Part shown: positions 1 to 10,529 of the stretch, in pieces
Numbering within the stretch: position 1 is the first letter of the stretch
Layout: each line of letters begins with the position of its first letter
Source: Candidatus Gottesmanbacteria bacterium RBG_16_52_11
GTDB lineage: Bacteria > Patescibacteriota > Microgenomatia > UBA10105 > UBA927
Length of the DNA: 64,000 nucleotides
NCBI GenBank assembly: GCA_001779095.1
Contig: MFJD01000004.1
Location: 173,031-237,030 of the forward strand
Direction of reading: 5' to 3'
Made by a program: the position numbers and the translations under genes
The notes under the pieces: generated by a model
What the model was told of the DNA's origin: nothing
The model's database searches: none
What the model saw: only the letters and a program-made list of their open reading frames with translations

Positions 1-1799
1 CCGGTACCGGTGAATTGCCGGCAGCAGCAGCCGGTATCACTTTTGCCCTGTCGGGTTACTTTTCGGCACGGATCTGGTCCGGGCACGTCGATACGATAGC
101 AGCTCAGTCCTATATGCCCTGGGTCGTTGGAGCCATGTTTCTGTTATGGCAAAAACCGTCAGTCAGACGGCTGGCAGCCGCCTCCCTGGCACTGGCTGTC
201 CAGATATATGCCGGTTACCAGACCATGGCCATGTACACGCTGGAGATAGTGGCGCTGGCGGTTATGCTTTTTTCGCTATACCGGAAAAGTCTCCGGCCGC
301 TGGTCCTGACGGCGGCAGCCGTAATCGGAGGATTGGGATTTGCGGCACTTCAAATGATTCCGAACTGGGAGTTTTTCGGTCGGAGTATCCGGACCTTCCC
401 GATGCCATACGAGTACCTCAGCCGGGGATCCCTGGTATGGGGCAGCCTGATCCAGCTTCTGTATCCGTTCCACTGGGGTGACCAGTACAGTTTCCGGGGT
501 CCGCCGCCCAATTACGGCGAGCAGGCGATGTATGTGGGTGTAGTGGGGATAGTTCTGGCAGTTGCCGCCCTTATCATATATCTACCCAAATTTTTTGAGT
601 TTCCCGGTGCTCGGAAAAAGGATGAAAACATTATCTACGTCGCAATATTTGCCGCCGCAGCGGTTATTTCGGTCTGGCTGGCTCTTGGTCCCAATGCTCC
701 GTACGACCTGAACCGGTTTCTCTGGGAATACGTACCCCTGTACCGCGGCATCCGGCATCCTTCACGGCATCTCATCCAGTTTGTCCTGGCGGCCAGCGTT
801 CTGACCGGAGTGGGTCTTTCAAGGGTTAAGCATAGGTTCCTGCAGCTCATGCTGACCGCACTGCTGATTGCTGATATGGGTATATTTGCCAGGCATTTCC
901 TGGAACTGAAGCCCGCTCCCGAAACCCGCCATGACCGTTTACTGGTTGCCGGTTTGACAGGGGGAGGCGGTCCGTACCGGCTATTGCAGAATTTCGGTAC
1001 CTGGGTGCCGCCGCGTGACGCATTGGATTTCGATGCCGCTGTGGTATACGGAATCTTTTCCGCTACCGGATACGATCCTTCGATACTCCGCAACTACTAT
1101 GAATTTGCCGATGCAGTCAACGGTAATCCGGGGACCGGTATCCTTGAGCACAATGTTCAGATTCCATACCTCAATACCGCGTCGCCCTATATCGGTTTTT
1201 TAAATATCCGGTATATTCTGGTGCCGATCGGTTACGATCCGGTCGGCGGCAGTCCGGACCGGTATTCACTGATAGCCGAAAATCCCCAGGAAGGGTACCG
1301 CCTGTACGAAAACCGCAGCGTTAGCCCCAGGTTTTTCGCGGTGAAAACCGTCACTATACTTCCGGCAAGGAGTGATGTGGCCGCCGCCGTCAGATCGAAT
1401 ACCGGTGACATAAGTGAGACGGTGTATGCCGCGTCCGGTGATGTTTCGAATGACGCCGCAACGCAGCCATCCGACTGTAAATCCGGGAGTGACGTCCGGA
1501 TCGTCCTGTCGGAGTATACCGTCAACCGGATTACCCTGAAAACCCAGTCCGACTGCAATGCGGTCCTTGCCAGTTCCGAGGTCATGTATCCGGGGTGGAC
1601 TGCCAGTATCGACGGCCGGCCGGCAAAATTATTCGAATCAAACCTGGCGTTCCGGACACTCATTCTGCCCCGGGGTACGCACACGGTAGAAATGCGGTTC
1701 GTACCCAGGACCGTAGCGTTCGGTCTCTCCATAACGTTCGGAACGGCCCTGTTGTTCGCATTCATACTGCGGACAGATGCTTTCCGGAAAGGTGTGTGA
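1..1799 (+). CDS. YfhO-like polytopic membrane glycosyltransferase (GT-C fold), 5'-truncated by window edge
   Basis: ORF 15..1799 aligns to the middle and C-terminus of three full-length paralogs in this window (the SGYF..ASYLPW block). It carries the shared C-terminal motif SSEVMYPGW.A.IDGR.A.L...NLAFRT...P.G.HTV.M.F. The N-terminus is absent because the ORF runs off the window start. Confidence 0.7.
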   Translation, partial: GTGELPAAAAGITFALSGYFSARIWSGHVDTIAAQSYMPWVVGAMFLLWQKPSVRRLAAASLALAVQIYAGYQTMAMYTLEIVALAVMLFSLYRKSLRPLVLTAAAVIGGLGFAALQMIPNWEFFGRSIRTFPMPYEYLSRGSLVWGSLIQLLYPFHWGDQYSFRGPPPNYGEQAMYVGVVGIVLAVAALIIYLPKFFEFPGARKKDENIIYVAIFAAAAVISVWLALGPNAPYDLNRFLWEYVPLYRGIRHPSRHLIQFVLAASVLTGVGLSRVKHRFLQLMLTALLIADMGIFARHFLELKPAPETRHDRLLVAGLTGGGGPYRLLQNFGTWVPPRDALDFDAAVVYGIFSATGYDPSILRNYYEFADAVNGNPGTGILEHNVQIPYLNTASPYIGFLNIRYILVPIGYDPVGGSPDRYSLIAENPQEGYRLYENRSVSPRFFAVKTVTILPARSDVAAAVRSNTGDISETVYAASGDVSNDAATQPSDCKSGSDVRIVLSEYTVNRITLKTQSDCNAVLASSEVMYPGWTASIDGRPAKLFESNLAFRTLILPRGTHTVEMRFVPRTVAFGLSITFGTALLFAFILRTDAFRKGV

Positions 1800-1803
1800 C
1801 TTT

Positions 1804-3990
1804 ATGAATAAAATCCGGATCCCGGAGCGGATGATACAACTGTCCCCACCGGTTTTGTATCTCATAGTTTTAATAGTTTTACTGGGTAAGGCACTGTTTC
1901 TGCCGCCGGACTTCTATCTGTTCGGATGGGATACGCTGGATATCCAGTACTTCACCAGGGAGTTTTTCCATCAGAGCCTGGCCGGCGGCACCATACCCTG
2001 GTGGGATCCGTACCGTTTCGCCGGCAACCCCTTTGCTGCCGCTGCCGACGGGCCGGTATTCTTTTATCCGCCGACCATTCTATTTGTATTCCTGCCCGTA
2101 GCCCGGGCATTGACCTGGTTTTACCTGATCCATATTTTTTCGGCCATGACCGGGACGTACCTGCTTCTCAGACGCTGGTTCAGACCGGTGCCGGCATGGG
2201 CCGGCGGGATAGTGTTCGGGCTGAGCGGTTACTTCTTCCCGCGGATTCTGGCCGGCACGGCCGGAAACCTGGCATCCGCGTCCTACCTGCCGTGGGTATT
2301 TGCCGCATTTGTGACGCTCAGTGAACCGCGGCAGGGCCGAAGCCGGGGAAAGCAAGTCGCAATCGCCGGACTGGTTTTCGGTCTGCAGCTTCTGGCCGGA
2401 GACCAGAGGATGGCAGTGTTCACGTTCATAGCCTGTCTGATCGCAGTCGTCTTTGCCGCTATCCGGCAGAAACACATAAGACCCGTAATCGGCGCGGTTC
2501 TGGCGGTTCTGACCGGCGTTGGTATCGCCGCCGTCCAGCTGGTCCCTCAGGTTCAGTACATGCAGCTTAGCCAGCGGACGGAACTGCCTTCCTACGAAAC
2601 CGCCAGTGACGGGGCATTGTCGCCGGAACGAATCGGCGAACTCCTGTTTCCGTTTACAAATTCGTACTCAATCAATAATGCAGCGTACCCGCCCTATGCC
2701 GAAAGTCCGTTCTACACGGGTATCCTGCCGCTCGTGTTGGCAGTTGCCGGACTGACCCTGACGCTCCTGACTTCATTAGCAGCAATTTTCCGCCGTCAGC
2801 CGGCAGGGAAGTCAGCGTATCCGGCGCTCCTGTTCGGAACAGTTGCCGCAGTTGCACTGTGGATTGCCATGGCACCGCATGCACCGGTCGACATATTCCG
2901 GATTCTCTGGAAACATATCCCGTTATTTTCCTTTGTCCGACTGCCGGTACGGTTTCTGCTTCTGTTTGCCCTCGGCATATCGGGACTGACCGCCCTGGCT
3001 TTGACCCAACTTGGCAAACGCGTTCTGCAAATTTTCGCCGCCGTATTCATTCTGGCGGAGCTGGTACCGTTTGCCGCAAGATGGCTCCTGCCCCAGCCGG
3101 TCCCACCGTCCCAGCATGACAGTGAACTGGTGTCGGTTCTGACCGGTGACCCGACGCTTAACCGGATCCACCTGAATTACTTCTACGTCGACCGGCTGGG
3201 GCAAAGCATTGATATGAATGCGCCGGTTGTGTACCGCCGGTTCGGGACAAACGGTTATTCACCCCTGATTCTTAAAAACTACTATGATTTCTACGTGGCA
3301 TCGCTTATCTATTATGACGCCCGATACCTGATCGGCATGAATCAGCTGCCGCCTATCACCGTGCTTTCGGGGAAAGCGCTTGATTTCCTAAACGTCAAGT
3401 ACTTATATAACAACCGGTCGTACGCAATCGGTGCCGATCCGACTTCATACCTGACCCGGATAGACAATCCCAATAAATGGTTTACCCTGTACGAAAACAG
3501 AAATGTTCTGCCGAGATTTTATCTGGCACCGGCGGCAAAGCGGATGCCGGACAGGGACGGAATATTTCAGGCAATCCGCCACAGAACCGAAGATTACACC
3601 AAGACCATACTGGTGACGGAGCCACTGGCCGGAAACTCCGATTATTACGCTGCAGACTGCCTTAAGGGTGAGATCGGACAGGTTACAGTCCTGTCGTACG
3701 GCCTGAACCGGGTAGAACTCCTGACGGACGCGCCGTGCGATGCCTACCTGGCAAGTTCGGAAGTCATGTATCCCGGATGGGCGGCCGAAATTGACGGCCG
3801 GCGGGCACCGCTTCTGACCGGAAACCTGGCTTTCCGGACAGTATTCGTCCCGGAAGGGAAGCACACGTTGGTGATGAAGTTCGTGCCGGTGAGTTTTCTG
3901 ACCGGAGGGGGTATTTCCATAGGAACAGTACTTATCTGGTTTCTAATTCTGCGACGAAACAAATTTCAGGCAATCCGGAATCGGGTATAA
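1804..3990 (+). CDS. YfhO-like polytopic membrane glycosyltransferase (GT-C fold)
   Basis: 737-aa ORF (track start 1777). An ATG at 1804 follows an AGGTG RBS-like site and lies 5 nt after the upstream stop. The N-terminal LFGWDTLDIQYF..FPWWDPY motif and C-terminal SSEVMYPGWAAEIDGRRAPL..GKHTLVMKF motif are shared with the 8336, 17904 and 15..1799 paralogs. Many predicted TM segments. Confidence 0.75.
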   Translation: MNKIRIPERMIQLSPPVLYLIVLIVLLGKALFLPPDFYLFGWDTLDIQYFTREFFHQSLAGGTIPWWDPYRFAGNPFAAAADGPVFFYPPTILFVFLPVARALTWFYLIHIFSAMTGTYLLLRRWFRPVPAWAGGIVFGLSGYFFPRILAGTAGNLASASYLPWVFAAFVTLSEPRQGRSRGKQVAIAGLVFGLQLLAGDQRMAVFTFIACLIAVVFAAIRQKHIRPVIGAVLAVLTGVGIAAVQLVPQVQYMQLSQRTELPSYETASDGALSPERIGELLFPFTNSYSINNAAYPPYAESPFYTGILPLVLAVAGLTLTLLTSLAAIFRRQPAGKSAYPALLFGTVAAVALWIAMAPHAPVDIFRILWKHIPLFSFVRLPVRFLLLFALGISGLTALALTQLGKRVLQIFAAVFILAELVPFAARWLLPQPVPPSQHDSELVSVLTGDPTLNRIHLNYFYVDRLGQSIDMNAPVVYRRFGTNGYSPLILKNYYDFYVASLIYYDARYLIGMNQLPPITVLSGKALDFLNVKYLYNNRSYAIGADPTSYLTRIDNPNKWFTLYENRNVLPRFYLAPAAKRMPDRDGIFQAIRHRTEDYTKTILVTEPLAGNSDYYAADCLKGEIGQVTVLSYGLNRVELLTDAPCDAYLASSEVMYPGWAAEIDGRRAPLLTGNLAFRTVFVPEGKHTLVMKFVPVSFLTGGGISIGTVLIWFLILRRNKFQAIRNRV

Positions 3991-4039
3991 TCCTAGATGT
4001 CGGCTTTCCGGGTTGATTTAGTAGTTTCACCATACTGAT

Positions 4040-5092
4040 TTGAAAAATAAAACTCCCATTACCACCGCAACCGATGATACAGCTGGAAAAAACCGTGACG
4101 AAACCAGGCAGCGGTTTACCAGGATTGCCCGGTGTCCCTCCTGCCGCAAAGGCAAATTGCTCTGGAACAGCCGGGTCGTGCGATGCGTCACCTGCTCCGC
4201 CTGGTATCCCATCACTGACGGAGTCCTGCAGTTAGTCCCGCTTACATCTGCATATACCGAAGACAGGAATTCTTTCCGGGAAAAGGTCGGGAAACGCTAC
4301 CGGTTAAAAGTCGACCGTAAAACCGTCAGTCCGGAGTCACCTCAGGAAGTGCAGAGACGGCATTTTGACAGATATGCGACCGACATTGATCAGTCATACA
4401 ACATCTACGAAACGATGGTTTTCTGGAGAGTGATCGACCGGAGTATATTTGACGGATGGATGAAGATTATTCCTAAGAATGCAGTTATTCTGGATGTGGG
4501 CTGTGCCCAGGGAAGAAGCGCCAAACCGTTTGTCGAAAATAAATATACCGTTATCGGTTTTGATATCGCCAAAAAGATGATTGAGGCCGGTAACAGCCGT
4601 TTCAAAGATCTGGCCAAACCGCCGCTTCTGTTTGTCGGCGACGCTACCACCATACCGGTGGCTGATGGCTGTGCTGATGTTGTCGTCCTGTACGGCGTAC
4701 TGCATCATCTGCCTCATCCCCGGCTGATTGCCAAAGAAATTGCCAGAGTACTCAAGCCCAAAGGAATATTTCTATCGTTAGAAAACAACCGGACACCTCT
4801 GCGATTTCTTTTTGACGTACTGCAGCGGCTGATGTGTCTATGGGATGAGAAGGCAGGTGAATCACCGACGATGTCAGCTGCCGATGTATCCGGTTGGTTT
4901 GCGGAAGCGGATATGACCGTGAGAACCCGTACCCATGTTTTCCTGCCGCCGCACTTGATCAACATACTGCCCGTTCCGGTAGGGTACCGGATAACTGCCT
5001 GGACCGATGCGGCAGCCTCAAGAATTCCCCTGATACGGGAGTGGGGAGGATTAATTGAAATTATCGGTACAAAAACCAACCAGATCAAATGA
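4040..5092 (+). CDS. Trm112-like zinc-ribbon domain fused to class I SAM-dependent methyltransferase
   Basis: N-terminal CPSC..17 aa..CVTCSAWYPITDGVLQL matches the Trm112/zinc-ribbon pattern. Downstream VILDVGCAQGRS (motif I, GxGxG) and DVVVLYGVLHHL (motif II/III) are typical of Rossmann-fold methyltransferases. Confidence 0.7.
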   Translation: MKNKTPITTATDDTAGKNRDETRQRFTRIARCPSCRKGKLLWNSRVVRCVTCSAWYPITDGVLQLVPLTSAYTEDRNSFREKVGKRYRLKVDRKTVSPESPQEVQRRHFDRYATDIDQSYNIYETMVFWRVIDRSIFDGWMKIIPKNAVILDVGCAQGRSAKPFVENKYTVIGFDIAKKMIEAGNSRFKDLAKPPLLFVGDATTIPVADGCADVVVLYGVLHHLPHPRLIAKEIARVLKPKGIFLSLENNRTPLRFLFDVLQRLMCLWDEKAGESPTMSAADVSGWFAEADMTVRTRTHVFLPPHLINILPVPVGYRITAWTDAAASRIPLIREWGGLIEIIGTKTNQIK

Positions 5093-6189
5093 TTAAAAAA
5101 ACTATCAGGGATCTGATCATCATTTCCGCAGTCTTTGCTATCGCAACGGAAATTCTTTTCGGGTACTTATCATCTGTAAATAAAATGGACTCCGTCTACC
5201 GGAACTGGGACGGACCGGGATATATCCTGGTTGCCAAAACCCTGTATGATCCCAATCTGATAAACCGGATTAATCCTTTTCCTTTTACACCGAAGTACTG
5301 GACTCTGACATATCCGCTGTACCCGGTTTTCATCCGGTTGTTTTCCTTTATCGGATATCCTCAGTCCATGATTTTAGTCAGTACAATATTTACGCTCCTG
5401 TTTATAATTGCGTTTTACTTTCTTCTGCGGAAACTTAACCCGCAGGCCAACGCTCTTGTCGTATGCCTACTACTAATTTTCTATCCGCCCAGATGGTTCA
5501 TCGTCAGCCATGTGGGGAGTTCGGAACCGCTGTTCCTGTTTCTGGAAGTAATGTTTCTGATTTTCTTCATGAAGAAGCAGTTCTTCCTGTCAGCAATTTG
5601 CGCCGGACTGGCGGCAGTGACCAAAGCTAACGGATTGTTTTTGCTTGCCGCAGTATCTATTTACGGCTTTCTGGAGATTTTCATCTGGCACACAAAATCT
5701 TTGGCTTCAGGTGTACGCCAGTATCTGCCGTTTCTGCTGGTGCCGGTTTTTCCGGCAGCCCTATATACGCTGTACTATTTCCGGTTCGGGGACTTTTTCA
5801 GCTATTCCCACTCGATGTCACAATATTATTACTTCATCTGGGGACATTTCCTGGGTATGTTCACCCATATTCCGGCAGGAGATTATGAAGTATGGAAAGA
5901 AGGCCTGGTATACACTTTCCTGATTTACCTGATTGCGATACATATTCTGGTACAGAAAAAGCAGTACCTAGTGGCAATAATCGGAGGTATTTACTACTTG
6001 GGAATAATGCAGATTACATTCACGGATATCAGCCGGTATTTCCTGCCGCTTCTGCCGATGGCATTTCTGGCTTATGCAAACGGTTTATCGAAAAAGCCGG
6101 TATATCTGGCGATGCTGCTTTGTGTCCCGCTGGTTTACCTTTACGCCATCGGATATATCAACTTTAATGTAGCTGAGGCAATACCGTAA
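5089..6189 (+). CDS. polytopic integral membrane protein, possible GT-C-type glycosyltransferase
   Basis: 366 aa, 8 or more hydrophobic segments. An early loop reads SVYRNWDGPGYILVAKTLYDP, and the start codon overlaps the upstream stop by 4 nt (operonic). The family could not be assigned from sequence alone. Confidence 0.4.
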   Translation: MIKKTIRDLIIISAVFAIATEILFGYLSSVNKMDSVYRNWDGPGYILVAKTLYDPNLINRINPFPFTPKYWTLTYPLYPVFIRLFSFIGYPQSMILVSTIFTLLFIIAFYFLLRKLNPQANALVVCLLLIFYPPRWFIVSHVGSSEPLFLFLEVMFLIFFMKKQFFLSAICAGLAAVTKANGLFLLAAVSIYGFLEIFIWHTKSLASGVRQYLPFLLVPVFPAALYTLYYFRFGDFFSYSHSMSQYYYFIWGHFLGMFTHIPAGDYEVWKEGLVYTFLIYLIAIHILVQKKQYLVAIIGGIYYLGIMQITFTDISRYFLPLLPMAFLAYANGLSKKPVYLAMLLCVPLVYLYAIGYINFNVAEAIP

Positions 6190-6211
6190 AGTCGGGTTCC
6201 ATAAACACGCG

Positions 6212-8185
6212 TCATTCAGCAATCCTTAGTTCGTAGACTTCGAGAAGGCCGAGTGTTTCCACGTAACTTAAGTCCTGACGGAGAAGACTGAAAAGTCGTG
6301 CAACCCGGCCGTTGTGCTGGAATCTGTCAGCGTCAACAAAAAGATGCCTGGCCGGCGACTTATGCACCGCGTCTATGAACGGATCGGGAGATTCCTCCGT
6401 CAGGTAGCAGGCCAGACAGCTGTGGCCGAGGGAATTCCGTGTTTTCAGAAGTATCAGGTACCAGGTATCCCAGACTGAAAGTATGGCAAACCGGCTGGCG
6501 GCGATATCGCTCCCATAGGATTTCCGGATGGAGTCGGCAGTCGGACCGAAGTAGGTAAATTCGTTTTCCGCCGGGCCGGTAATGAAACGCAGAGTAGTGA
6601 CCGGATTGGCATACTCCAGATTGGCAGTGCCCTGTTTGTATAAATAAGTTCCGGGTAAAGCCAAAAGTGCCGCCGCAACCAGAATAAACATTGCCAATGC
6701 CGGTTTAGGACCGGACCTTAATCCGTCCAGGGCTGTTTTCAGAAGATAAAAGGCACAGACTAAGAAGGGCAGGCTCAGGGCATGCAGGCCATTGAGGTGG
6801 CTGGAACCGGTGAAGTAGAGGAAATTGGCAAGTCCGGCAGCGGCTGTGAATAAGACTGTTTTTTCAACCGGAGACAGATGCCCTGTCTTCCGCATCCGGT
6901 AGATAAGATACCCTGTGGCCCCGGCCGGAACCAGAATCATGATCCAGGGATAGGGTGACTGCGGGAACGGCAGGGCAAATGAACTGGCGAAATACAGGCC
7001 GATGAATGCATAGTGTCTGATCCACATCGGCCAGACACCGGAAACCAGAAAACCGGCGAGGGATATAAGTAATGCTGTCCCGAAAGCGCAGGCCAAAACA
7101 GGAATAACCCGGGAGAGCGTATTTTTCAGGGATTCAGCTAAAGTCCGGCCGGAATGGCTGATCCACAGGTAGGCCGTGTAGGCAATCAACGTATACAGAC
7201 CGAAATCAAGCGTCCAAAGAAGCGCTACCGCAATCACTCCAGTTGTTAAATGGCGGGTTTTCAGCGGACCGGATTTGGGGAAACGGTTTTCGAGATAAAT
7301 CAGAATTGCCACCGGCAGCCAGATGCCCATGCGCCAGAATGACTGCTGGGGAAACTCGTAGGGGGCCCCGATTTTAACCAAGTGGTTGGCAAAAATGGCA
7401 TATACAGTCGACACGGACGCCCAGCGCCAGTCGCGCAGCAGTAGCTGAAACAGTACATACAGAAGGACAAATCCCGAAAACTGGATACCGGCGAACACCA
7501 GGTGCAGATTGGTAACGGTTAAGGGGATGAAACGGAATATCGTACTTAAGGTAACGACGGATAAAAAACCGTACCAGGAACGCGACTGAAGAAGCGGCTG
7601 GCCCTCTAAGAGGTCATGGACCGGACCGGCGTAATGGGTGTAGTCATAGAAGTTAAGCTTATTTATGCCGGTAGTCAGCCAGAAGATCAGAAGCACTGAT
7701 CCGCCGTGGAGCAAAATTTTAAATGTCCGGTTCAGGCGGAGGCGGGGAACCAGCAAAAGTAGTATTGCCGCGGCAATGATGACCGCGAACAGGTACTCAC
7801 CCGGTGTAACGTAGTTGTTGCCGGCAAATATGCCCATGTCAAACAGAGCCGGTGCAAACGATGCTGTAGGCTGGAGAGTAACGAAAAAGTACCTGATCCA
7901 AAGGATAACTGCCAAAAGGGCTGCAACAATGATGCCGTAGAGGGCAAAAATCCCGGATTTTGTTTCCGGGTGACCGGATGTTCCGGCGGGCAGGCGAAGA
8001 AGTACGGCCGGCAGAATCAGGGTGAAAATGCCCAGGCCGAACAGGTAAAGAAACGATTCGATCTCCCGCATCCCGGGCGCCAGAGCCTGATGGACAGCCG
8101 GTTCCAGCCGGGAAATAACGGCGATCAGTCCCGCTGAAACGGCGAGGGAAACGGCAATAAATCCGGGTGCGTTTATCCGAAACAT
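6212..8185 (-). CDS. large polytopic membrane protein (possible glycan polymerase / GT-C-like), unknown family
   Basis: 657-aa ORF, highly hydrophobic throughout with 12 or more predicted TM segments and a C-terminal soluble tail. No diagnostic motif was recognised. Confidence 0.4.
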   Translation of the reverse strand: MFRINAPGFIAVSLAVSAGLIAVISRLEPAVHQALAPGMREIESFLYLFGLGIFTLILPAVLLRLPAGTSGHPETKSGIFALYGIIVAALLAVILWIRYFFVTLQPTASFAPALFDMGIFAGNNYVTPGEYLFAVIIAAAILLLLVPRLRLNRTFKILLHGGSVLLIFWLTTGINKLNFYDYTHYAGPVHDLLEGQPLLQSRSWYGFLSVVTLSTIFRFIPLTVTNLHLVFAGIQFSGFVLLYVLFQLLLRDWRWASVSTVYAIFANHLVKIGAPYEFPQQSFWRMGIWLPVAILIYLENRFPKSGPLKTRHLTTGVIAVALLWTLDFGLYTLIAYTAYLWISHSGRTLAESLKNTLSRVIPVLACAFGTALLISLAGFLVSGVWPMWIRHYAFIGLYFASSFALPFPQSPYPWIMILVPAGATGYLIYRMRKTGHLSPVEKTVLFTAAAGLANFLYFTGSSHLNGLHALSLPFLVCAFYLLKTALDGLRSGPKPALAMFILVAAALLALPGTYLYKQGTANLEYANPVTTLRFITGPAENEFTYFGPTADSIRKSYGSDIAASRFAILSVWDTWYLILLKTRNSLGHSCLACYLTEESPDPFIDAVHKSPARHLFVDADRFQHNGRVARLFSLLRQDLSYVETLGLLEVYELRIAE

Positions 8186-8335
8186 ACGATTGCGGGGTAA
8201 AAGCCAGGTCCGGCCAATAACCCAATGTACCAGTCAATGGCGGAATTTACAATTTGCCGGAAAAGTCCGGTATCCTTCGGGTACAGCATTTGACGGTTAT
8301 TTGGTAGTATTGACAGTGACAACTGAATTGCGACT

Positions 8336-10480
8336 ATGTCCGCCCGGCTGAAAAAACTGATCATCCCCATGCTGCCGTATCTGTTTTTGTTTGTTGTGGC
8401 TCTGGTTATTTTCCATCCGGCATTAAACCTCAAGCCGGGAACATACCTGTTCGGATGGGACACGATGGATCAGGAATACTTCATCAAATCATTCTTCGGC
8501 GAAAACATCCGGCGCGGGGTTTTCCCGTGGTGGAATCCGTACGCGATGGGCGGGTATCCGTTCGCGTCAACCATCGACGCGGATACTTTTTATCCTCCGG
8601 TTTACCTGTTTGCGCTGCTGCCCGTGACGCAGGCGATTTCGTGGTATTACTTCATACACCTCCTTTTGGGATTAGCCGGCATGTACATCCTCTGCCGGAG
8701 ATGGTTTTCCGTCATACCGGCGCTTTTGGCAGCAGTCACTTTCATGTTTTCCGGACTATTTACCAGAATTCTGGCCGGGAGCTTCAGCATCGTCCCGTAT
8801 GCATACCTGCCGTGGTTAATGTTCCTGTTCCTCAGATCAGTTGCGGCAAATTCCCGGCGTGCGGTCTTGCGGGCTGCTGCCGCAACCGGAATTATCGGGG
8901 CGCTCCAGGTCACCGGCAGCAATCCCATCACGGTAATCTATAGCCATCTGGCGCTGATATTTGCAACCGCAGTGCTTTCGGTTTCCCGCAGAAGTCTCCG
9001 TCCGGTCCTCATCTATATATCTACCGCAGCGCTGATCGTCGGCCTGTCGGCTGTCACCACCGTGCCGATGCTTGAGGGGATATTAAATTCAGTCAGAAGC
9101 AACCTGACCTATGAATGGGCAGCGTCAGGGACGCTCCGATTTGCTGACCTCAGGCAGATGTTCCTACCCGTATTGTGGTCGTACCGGCCGGATATGAATG
9201 ATTATATGCCGTTTATCGAAAGTCCCTGGTACATCGGCATCCTGCCGCTTGTCCTTGCCGTGTCCGGACTTTTTTATGGGGTTGTTGCCGTCCTGAATTC
9301 CCTGCGCCACCGGGGGAAACGCAATACCGGTCCGGCCGTTATCATTTTCGGGATTCTGGCAGTTTTCGGGTTCTGGATGGCGTTGGGAAACCAGGCACCA
9401 TATGACTTATTCGGTCTTCTCTGGCGGTCCGTGCCGCTGTTCAGATTTATCAGGGTACCGATCAAGATTATGGTACTTTTCGTCTTCGGGATGGCAGGTT
9501 TGGCGGCATATGCAACCGAGTTGATAAGAAACCGGATTATCCGGACAGCAATTCTTTTCATAACCGTAATTGAATTAACCATATTTGCCCGGCAGTACGT
9601 CATTATTGCACTGGTTCCGGAAACCAGACACGATCAGGAGCTGGTAGCGACGCTGAAAAGCTCACAGGGGGATTACCGGATCCATCCCAATTACGTCAAA
9701 AGTTACCGCCTGGGGTATAGCTGGGACCTTAACGCCGCCAGCACCTACCGCTTTTTCTCAACCAGCGGCAATACCACATCGATTCCGGCTAACTATAACG
9801 ACTTATTCTATGCCCTGTTCCCGGGAACCGATCCGCTTTTCAGCGCCACCATGAATCAGATGCCCTGGGTGGGGTTGGATTCAGCCGGGATGGACATCCT
9901 GAATGTCAGATACATCCTGGTGCCGCGGGAAACTGAACTGGCGGAGCCCCATTATTCGCTGGTAATCGACAATCCGTCCCGGTGGTTCAGGCTGTATCGT
10001 AATAACCGGGCCTACCCCAGGTTCCGGCTTCTCAGCCGGGCTGCCGTCTACCCTGACCGGGCGGCTATGCGCCGGGCAATCGAAACCGGAAACGCCGATT
10101 TATCAGATGCCGTTTACCTGACCGAACGGGACGCCGGTGCATTGGGGACAGTTGCGGACTGTCCGTCCGCCAGTCCGGGAACAGTTTCTGTCGATGACTA
10201 TGACATATCCCGCATCAGGCTCAAAGCCGATGCGGTGTGTGATACTTACCTGACGACCGGTGAAACCATGTATCCGGGATGGTTGGCGGCAGTCGACGGA
10301 AAACGGGTGCCTATGGTTGAAGGCAATCTGGCACTGCGGACCCTGAAGATACCGCAGGGCGTTCATACGGTGGATATGTGGTACGATCCGCGTATTTACC
10401 GGATTGGGGGAGCAGTCAGCCTGGTGACCCTGATTGTCCTGGTTTTACTAAACCGAAAGCTTGGTTTTAAAGGAAATTAA
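8336..10480 (+). CDS. YfhO-like polytopic membrane glycosyltransferase (GT-C fold)
   Basis: 714 aa. N-terminal YLFGWDTMDQEYF..FPWWNPY and C-terminal GETMYPGWLAAVDGKRVPM..NLALRTLKIPQGVHTVDMWY motifs are paralogous to the 1804 and 17904 genes. Confidence 0.75.
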   Translation: MSARLKKLIIPMLPYLFLFVVALVIFHPALNLKPGTYLFGWDTMDQEYFIKSFFGENIRRGVFPWWNPYAMGGYPFASTIDADTFYPPVYLFALLPVTQAISWYYFIHLLLGLAGMYILCRRWFSVIPALLAAVTFMFSGLFTRILAGSFSIVPYAYLPWLMFLFLRSVAANSRRAVLRAAAATGIIGALQVTGSNPITVIYSHLALIFATAVLSVSRRSLRPVLIYISTAALIVGLSAVTTVPMLEGILNSVRSNLTYEWAASGTLRFADLRQMFLPVLWSYRPDMNDYMPFIESPWYIGILPLVLAVSGLFYGVVAVLNSLRHRGKRNTGPAVIIFGILAVFGFWMALGNQAPYDLFGLLWRSVPLFRFIRVPIKIMVLFVFGMAGLAAYATELIRNRIIRTAILFITVIELTIFARQYVIIALVPETRHDQELVATLKSSQGDYRIHPNYVKSYRLGYSWDLNAASTYRFFSTSGNTTSIPANYNDLFYALFPGTDPLFSATMNQMPWVGLDSAGMDILNVRYILVPRETELAEPHYSLVIDNPSRWFRLYRNNRAYPRFRLLSRAAVYPDRAAMRRAIETGNADLSDAVYLTERDAGALGTVADCPSASPGTVSVDDYDISRIRLKADAVCDTYLTTGETMYPGWLAAVDGKRVPMVEGNLALRTLKIPQGVHTVDMWYDPRIYRIGGAVSLVTLIVLVLLNRKLGFKGN

Positions 10481-10513
10481 AACGTATACCGTATACCGAA
10501 TACTTCTTCAGTT

Positions 10514-10523
10514 TGTGTATAAT
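10514..10523 (+). promoter_or_regulatory. sigma70-type extended -10 box (TGTGTATAAT) placed for a leaderless transcript of the GT2 gene
   Basis: TGTG-TATAAT lies 7 nt upstream of the ATG at 10530, with no room for an RBS. This is an inference from the consensus only. Confidence 0.35.
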
Positions 10524-10529
10524 CCTTCC

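Noticed and set aside
146-3204. Numerous 60-160-aa ORFs on both strands nested inside the large YfhO-like genes (e.g. 146..481, 635..1093, 1232..1765, 2080..2475).
   Set aside because: They are fully embedded in, or antisense to, long conserved membrane-protein ORFs and show Arg/Pro/Gly-rich translations typical of out-of-frame reads of GC-rich coding DNA. They were judged spurious.
8185-8336. TTGACG/TTGACA hexamers in the divergent region between the 6212-8185 and 8336 genes were considered as sigma70 -35 boxes.
   Set aside because: No correctly spaced -10 hexamer was found, so it was left unannotated.
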